Shown: piece after piece, positions 62,780 through 64,000 of the stretch
Numbering within the stretch: position 1 is the stretch's first letter
Layout of the letters: each line of letters opens with the position of its first letter
Assembly: GCA_963711565.1 (NCBI GenBank)
Contig: CAVQEQ010000003.1
Span: 160,001-224,000, forward strand
Direction of reading: 5' to 3'
Origin: an uncultured delta proteobacterium
GTDB lineage: Bacteria > Desulfobacterota > Binatia > Binatales > Binataceae
DNA: 64,000 nt
The notes under the pieces: model-generated
Seen by the model: the letters and a program-made list of their open reading frames with translations, nothing else
What the model was told of the DNA's origin: nothing
Database searches by the model: none
Program-made: the position numbers and the translations under genes

Positions 62780-64000
62780 CTAGCGCGCCTGCAAGTGATC
62801 GCCGGGAATCCACGTCGAGTGGAACCCGACCGGCACCCGCTGGGGAATCCGCACGCGCGCGATTGGACCGGCTGCGAAGTTTTTCGCATCGAGTATGACG
62901 ACCTCGCTGCTGCTCATGGCGTTGGAGTCCGCGACGAACGTGACGACGTAGCCGTCGTCTTCGTCGCGCGCACCGACGCGCGGCGCGAACGGTGCTTCAT
63001 TCGACGTGCGTCCCGCGCCAAACATAAATTTCTCCGAAGTGCCGCGGACGGTGTCGTATTTCACCAGCCCTTCGTAGTGCGGCACCATCGAGTTGTACGC
63101 GTAGCGCGACTTGCGGCCCATCATGTGCCGGTTGATCGTCGGCCATTCGGTCTTTTCGTCGTCGAGCTGCTCCTCGGTCACTGCTCCTGTCACGAGGTTG
63201 AAGCGCCACCGGCATAGTTGAGCCTCGAGGCGCAGGAACGCCCGCATCCGCGCCAGCTCGCCTTCGCCGCGCTTCGCGCCCGGCTCGGCCTGGATGACTC
63301 GGCATGCTTCCATCACGAACTCTTCGCCATCCTCCCACGCGTTGACCACGTGGTAGATGTAGCAGGGCGACGCCTCGAACCATCGCACGTCGGCGTTGGT
63401 CCCGTAGCGCGGCAGGATGCCGAAGCGGCTCGGCAGTTCGGGATAGTAGGTGACCTTGTGCACCTTGCGCTCGAGCAGTTGCGGATCCCAGAACAGCGGC
63501 AGATCCATCAACAGTGAGTAATGCTCGGTGAACGCCATGTCATGCGGCAGGCGCGAGCCTGGAAGATCGATCGGCTCATGATGAGTCAGTTCGCCCCGCG
63601 CCGAGACGACGTTGTAGGTCATGTACGGCGGGCGCGTCGCATAGTCGAAGAACAGCAACTCGCCGCTCACCGGATCGACCTTGGCATGCGCCGATACTGC
63701 CCGCTCGAGCTTGCCGCCGAAGCGCTCGACGCCGAGCGTCTCCAGCGTGCACGGATCGATCTTGTAGGGCAGCCCGCACTGATACCAGAGCGCCAGCGCA
63801 TAGCCGTTGTGAAATACGAGGTCGGTGTTGGCGGAGTCCTTGAGCCATCCGTCCGAGCCGGCGCCGTGCGGCACGTTGGGGTCGGGGCGATCCATCAGCC
63901 CCGGCCATATCGTGCGATTCGCCTCCTGCTCGGCGGCAAATGCCTCGGTGCGAATCCAGCGGTTGCGATATGTCGCTTTCCCGTCGTGGAACTCGATGCC
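62780..64000 (-). CDS. Carotenoid/stilbene cleavage oxygenase (RPE65 family); N-terminus lies outside the window
   Basis: YRNRWIRT, ANT, four candidate Fe-ligand His (SAHAK, PHDM, YHVVNA, GFHSTW), EDDGY. Frame is open to the window edge. Confidence 0.93.
   Translation of the reverse strand, partial: GIEFHDGKATYRNRWIRTEAFAAEQEANRTIWPGLMDRPDPNVPHGAGSDGWLKDSANTDLVFHNGYALALWYQCGLPYKIDPCTLETLGVERFGGKLERAVSAHAKVDPVSGELLFFDYATRPPYMTYNVVSARGELTHHEPIDLPGSRLPHDMAFTEHYSLLMDLPLFWDPQLLERKVHKVTYYPELPSRFGILPRYGTNADVRWFEASPCYIYHVVNAWEDGEEFVMEACRVIQAEPGAKRGEGELARMRAFLRLEAQLCRWRFNLVTGAVTEEQLDDEKTEWPTINRHMMGRKSRYAYNSMVPHYEGLVKYDTVRGTSEKFMFGAGRTSNEAPFAPRVGARDEDDGYVVTFVADSNAMSSSEVVILDAKNFAAGPIARVRIPQRVPVGFHSTWIPGDHLQAR

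Overview
A 64 kb window of a GC-rich bacterial chromosome. Gene content and order suggest a Deltaproteobacteria-related lineage such as Ca. Binatota, but this is inference only. The left half is mostly housekeeping: alr-purH-purD-tsaC-DUF1015, eno-gpmI, an M16 peptidase pair, mfd-surA-pdxA-uvrA and a peptidoglycan-recycling block (ldcA, serine hydrolase, mpl). The right half is accessory: oxidoreductases, amidohydrolases, methyltransferases, an RND pump, and a carotenoid oxygenase cut by the window edge. Two small TA-like pairs are present (TumE-like/HTH and HTH/Fic). I saw no rRNA, tRNA, CRISPR array, transposase or integrase. The three most interesting signals are: (1) an unannotated promoter, 15-aa leader peptide and attenuator directly upstream of an MFS transporter (37674-37842); (2) a SufR-like regulator divergent from a Rieske-fusion protein and a questin-oxidase-like protein, with back-to-back promoters and a candidate operator (43661-47245); (3) an ECF sigma factor translationally coupled to a [2Fe-2S] ferredoxin in the anti-sigma position, followed by membrane proteins and an AhpD-like gene (51469-53770). 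All functional calls come from motif recognition by eye; no database searches were run.
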